A DNA stretch of 64,000 bases, taken from the NCBI RefSeq assembly GCF_009914755.1, contig NC_060925.1. One strand, given 5' to 3'. A model generated the notes under the pieces. The model was given only the letters and a program-made list of their open reading frames with translations, had not been told where the DNA came from and searched no databases. The position numbers were made by a program, and so were the translations under genes. Origin of the DNA: the human T2T-CHM13v2.0 reference genome, Homo sapiens. Below are positions 24,640-64,000 of the stretch, piece after piece (the stretch's first letter is position 1; each line of letters starts with the position of its first letter).

Positions 24640-25200
24640 TGCTCCCGGCGCTGAGTCATGGGGTCGTGGAGAAGGGGGCGGGGTGGCCTGATTGGCTCGC
24701 CTGCCCCTGGGGGCAGTAGAGGGGGCAGTAGAGGGGCCCCGCCCAGCTAGGGGAGCCGCTCCGTTCCACTCCCCTCCCTAGCCCTCCCTCCCCACGGCCC
24801 TGGGCAGGGAATGTCTTGTTCCCGCCGCTCCCTCCCCGGGGCCAGAGGGCAGGGCGGGCCGGGCGGCGTCCTACCCTCTTCTCCTCCTCCCCATCTCCTC
24901 CCCGCCCAGGTGCGAGCCGGAGCCGCCGCCACCGCTGCCGCCCCTGACTCACGCCGCCCCCGGGCTGGCGCAGCGAAGGGTGTGGGACAGGGTAAGGGGT
25001 TGGAAGAGCCTTGTGGAGAGCGGGCGAGCCGGCGCCATCTGGCGGCCATGCTCTGAGTGGGCGAGCGCCCCCCGCGGCCACTGGAGCGAGCTGTCTTCAC
25101 GCTCCTCATCCACCCCAGCTGGTGAGCGGCGCCCCCTTGCCAAGGCAGTGGGCACAGAACTTCTCGCTTGGCCGCAGGGGAAGGGGCTGCGGACCTGTGG
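24640..25200. promoter_or_regulatory. CpG island inside the ZBTB7B 3'UTR, with ARE/AP-1, GC box, inverted CCAAT and a reverse CTCF motif
   Basis: GCTGAGTCAT 24650-24659, GGGGGCGGGG 24674-24683, ATTGG 24691-24695 and CGCCATCTGGCGG 25033-25045. Confidence 0.7.
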
Positions 25201-25915
25201 GAAAGTGATCCCCTTCCCAGATCCTTGCCAGCCGGGCTTCCTGTCAGGCAGGGGAGAATAATCCCCACTCTGCTCTTAGGATTGAATCCACCCCCATTCT
25301 GTACATAGCCTCTTCTGTTGGTCTTGTTGAAATCTAGTTTCAGATTTTTAACTACCCAATTCTGCTGGGGGTGGGGGACACCCCCCCTTCCTCGCTGGGT
25401 GCTGGACCCCTTTTGCAGCCTGGGCTCTGCCTTGCACTATTTCCCCTTCCTGGCCTGACGGCTCCTCCCCCTCCTTAAAAGGGGCAGGTTCAGGGGCCCG
25501 GTGCTCTTCCTCCCTTCCATGCACCCCCATGCCCATTTGCACAGCTGCCCAGGTACCCCTAACAGTGGGGAGGGGTCACAGGGAGGGGGTAGCGGGACCA
25601 GTCCCTGTTATCTATTTAAAAAGTGATGATGTAATATATTGGGGTGGCGGGGAGATCGGGTTGTCCTGGGCCTCATCTTAGCATTTCAGGTGATGGGGGG
25701 AGCCCAGGGCTGGGGAGACCTGGGGCCCAGCCCCAGAAAGTGGGGACAATGTGGCCTCCCTTCTCCCTACTTTCGGCTTTCCCAGTCAGTGCCTTAGGGG
25801 GAGAGGCACTCCCCCCCTCCTATTCCCTTCCCCCCACCCCAACTCCCCCACCTCGGGTGTAAGCGACAGGAAGAAATAATAATAATTTAAGATTCACACT
25901 TGTGTCCACTTTTGG

Positions 25916-58253
<32,338 letters not shown>

Positions 58254-58294
58254 AGAGGCGTCCTGCTCGCTCTTCCGCACCGTCCTTCCCGGTT

Positions 58295-58300
58295 AATAAA
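58295..58300 (+). terminator. DCST1 polyadenylation signal AATAAA
   Basis: Canonical hexamer about 40 nt after the TGA. Confidence 0.85.
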
Positions 58301-58771
58301 ATGCCCTGTACGCTTCACGTGGGTCGGGGACTGGGGTGAGCCGCGCACTGCCTCGCCTGCAGTCGGGAAAGCCTGCCCGCCCGACCTCTCCGAGCCAGGC
58401 CGCGCACAGGAGGCAGGGAGGCCGCGAAGCTACTAGGGAGGGGTCCGGACCTGGCGCCGGGTGAAGGCGCGCCGCCCAAGCCGGTCGGACCGGGCACCGG
58501 CTCCCACTCCGCACAGTTGCGGGGAAGCGGTAGCGCTGAGCAGCGCGGGCGTAGTGGGCGGTGTCCCCGCTCCCGAGGCACCCGGCGCGCAGCGGGGCGG
58601 GCTTTGCCGGGGGCGGAGCTTGGCTTGGGGCCGGGTGGGAGGGGGCGGGCCGGGGCGGGGCCTGGTGGCCGCGCGGCGCTGCTGGGTTCTCCGAGGCGAC
58701 CTGGCCGCCGGCCGCTCCTCCGCGCGCTGTTCCGCACTTGCTGCCCTCGCCCGGCCCGGAGCGCCGCTGCC

Positions 58772-63857
<5,086 letters not shown>

Positions 63858-64000
63858 GTGAGTTATTTCCAGGTCTCCTCCTCATTCCCAATTCAGTTCC
63901 TCCCAAGTGTGGTGGCATTTATGCACTGAAACCCCCCTATAAAGTTGCCCAACCCCAAAGCTACAGGTATAGAGGGTGGAGGTACGTGATGTGGCCTTTG

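Noticed and set aside
24709-24740. CTCF-like appearance of the GGGGGCAGTAGA repeat
   Set aside because: Several core mismatches; much weaker than the motif at 25033-25045.

Overview
Human genomic DNA (GC-rich, Alu-dense), recognisable as the chr1q21.3 FLAD1-LENEP-ZBTB7B-DCST2-DCST1-ADAM15 interval. I rebuilt the spliced CDSs from GT-AG junctions and phase continuity. They are the last two FLAD1 exons, intronless LENEP (61 aa), ZBTB7B/ThPOK (539 aa, plus an N-terminally extended 573-aa form), DCST2 (minus strand, 15 coding exons, 773 aa), DCST1 (16 coding exons, 706 aa, head-to-head with DCST2) and ADAM15 exons 1-10. Most ORFs in the supplied track are GC-rich or Alu-derived noise. I found no new protein-coding system. 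The most interesting signals are cis-architectural: convergent CTCF motifs bracketing LENEP+ZBTB7B, a Maf palindrome at the LENEP promoter, and a promoter-like CpG island inside the ZBTB7B 3'UTR. Also notable are abutting ZBTB7B/DCST2 3' ends, twin hairpin repeats flanking a DCST1 exon, a stop-inserting TAGTAG acceptor at the ADAM15 furin site, a possible Alu 3' transduction and a perfect 104-bp tandem duplication.
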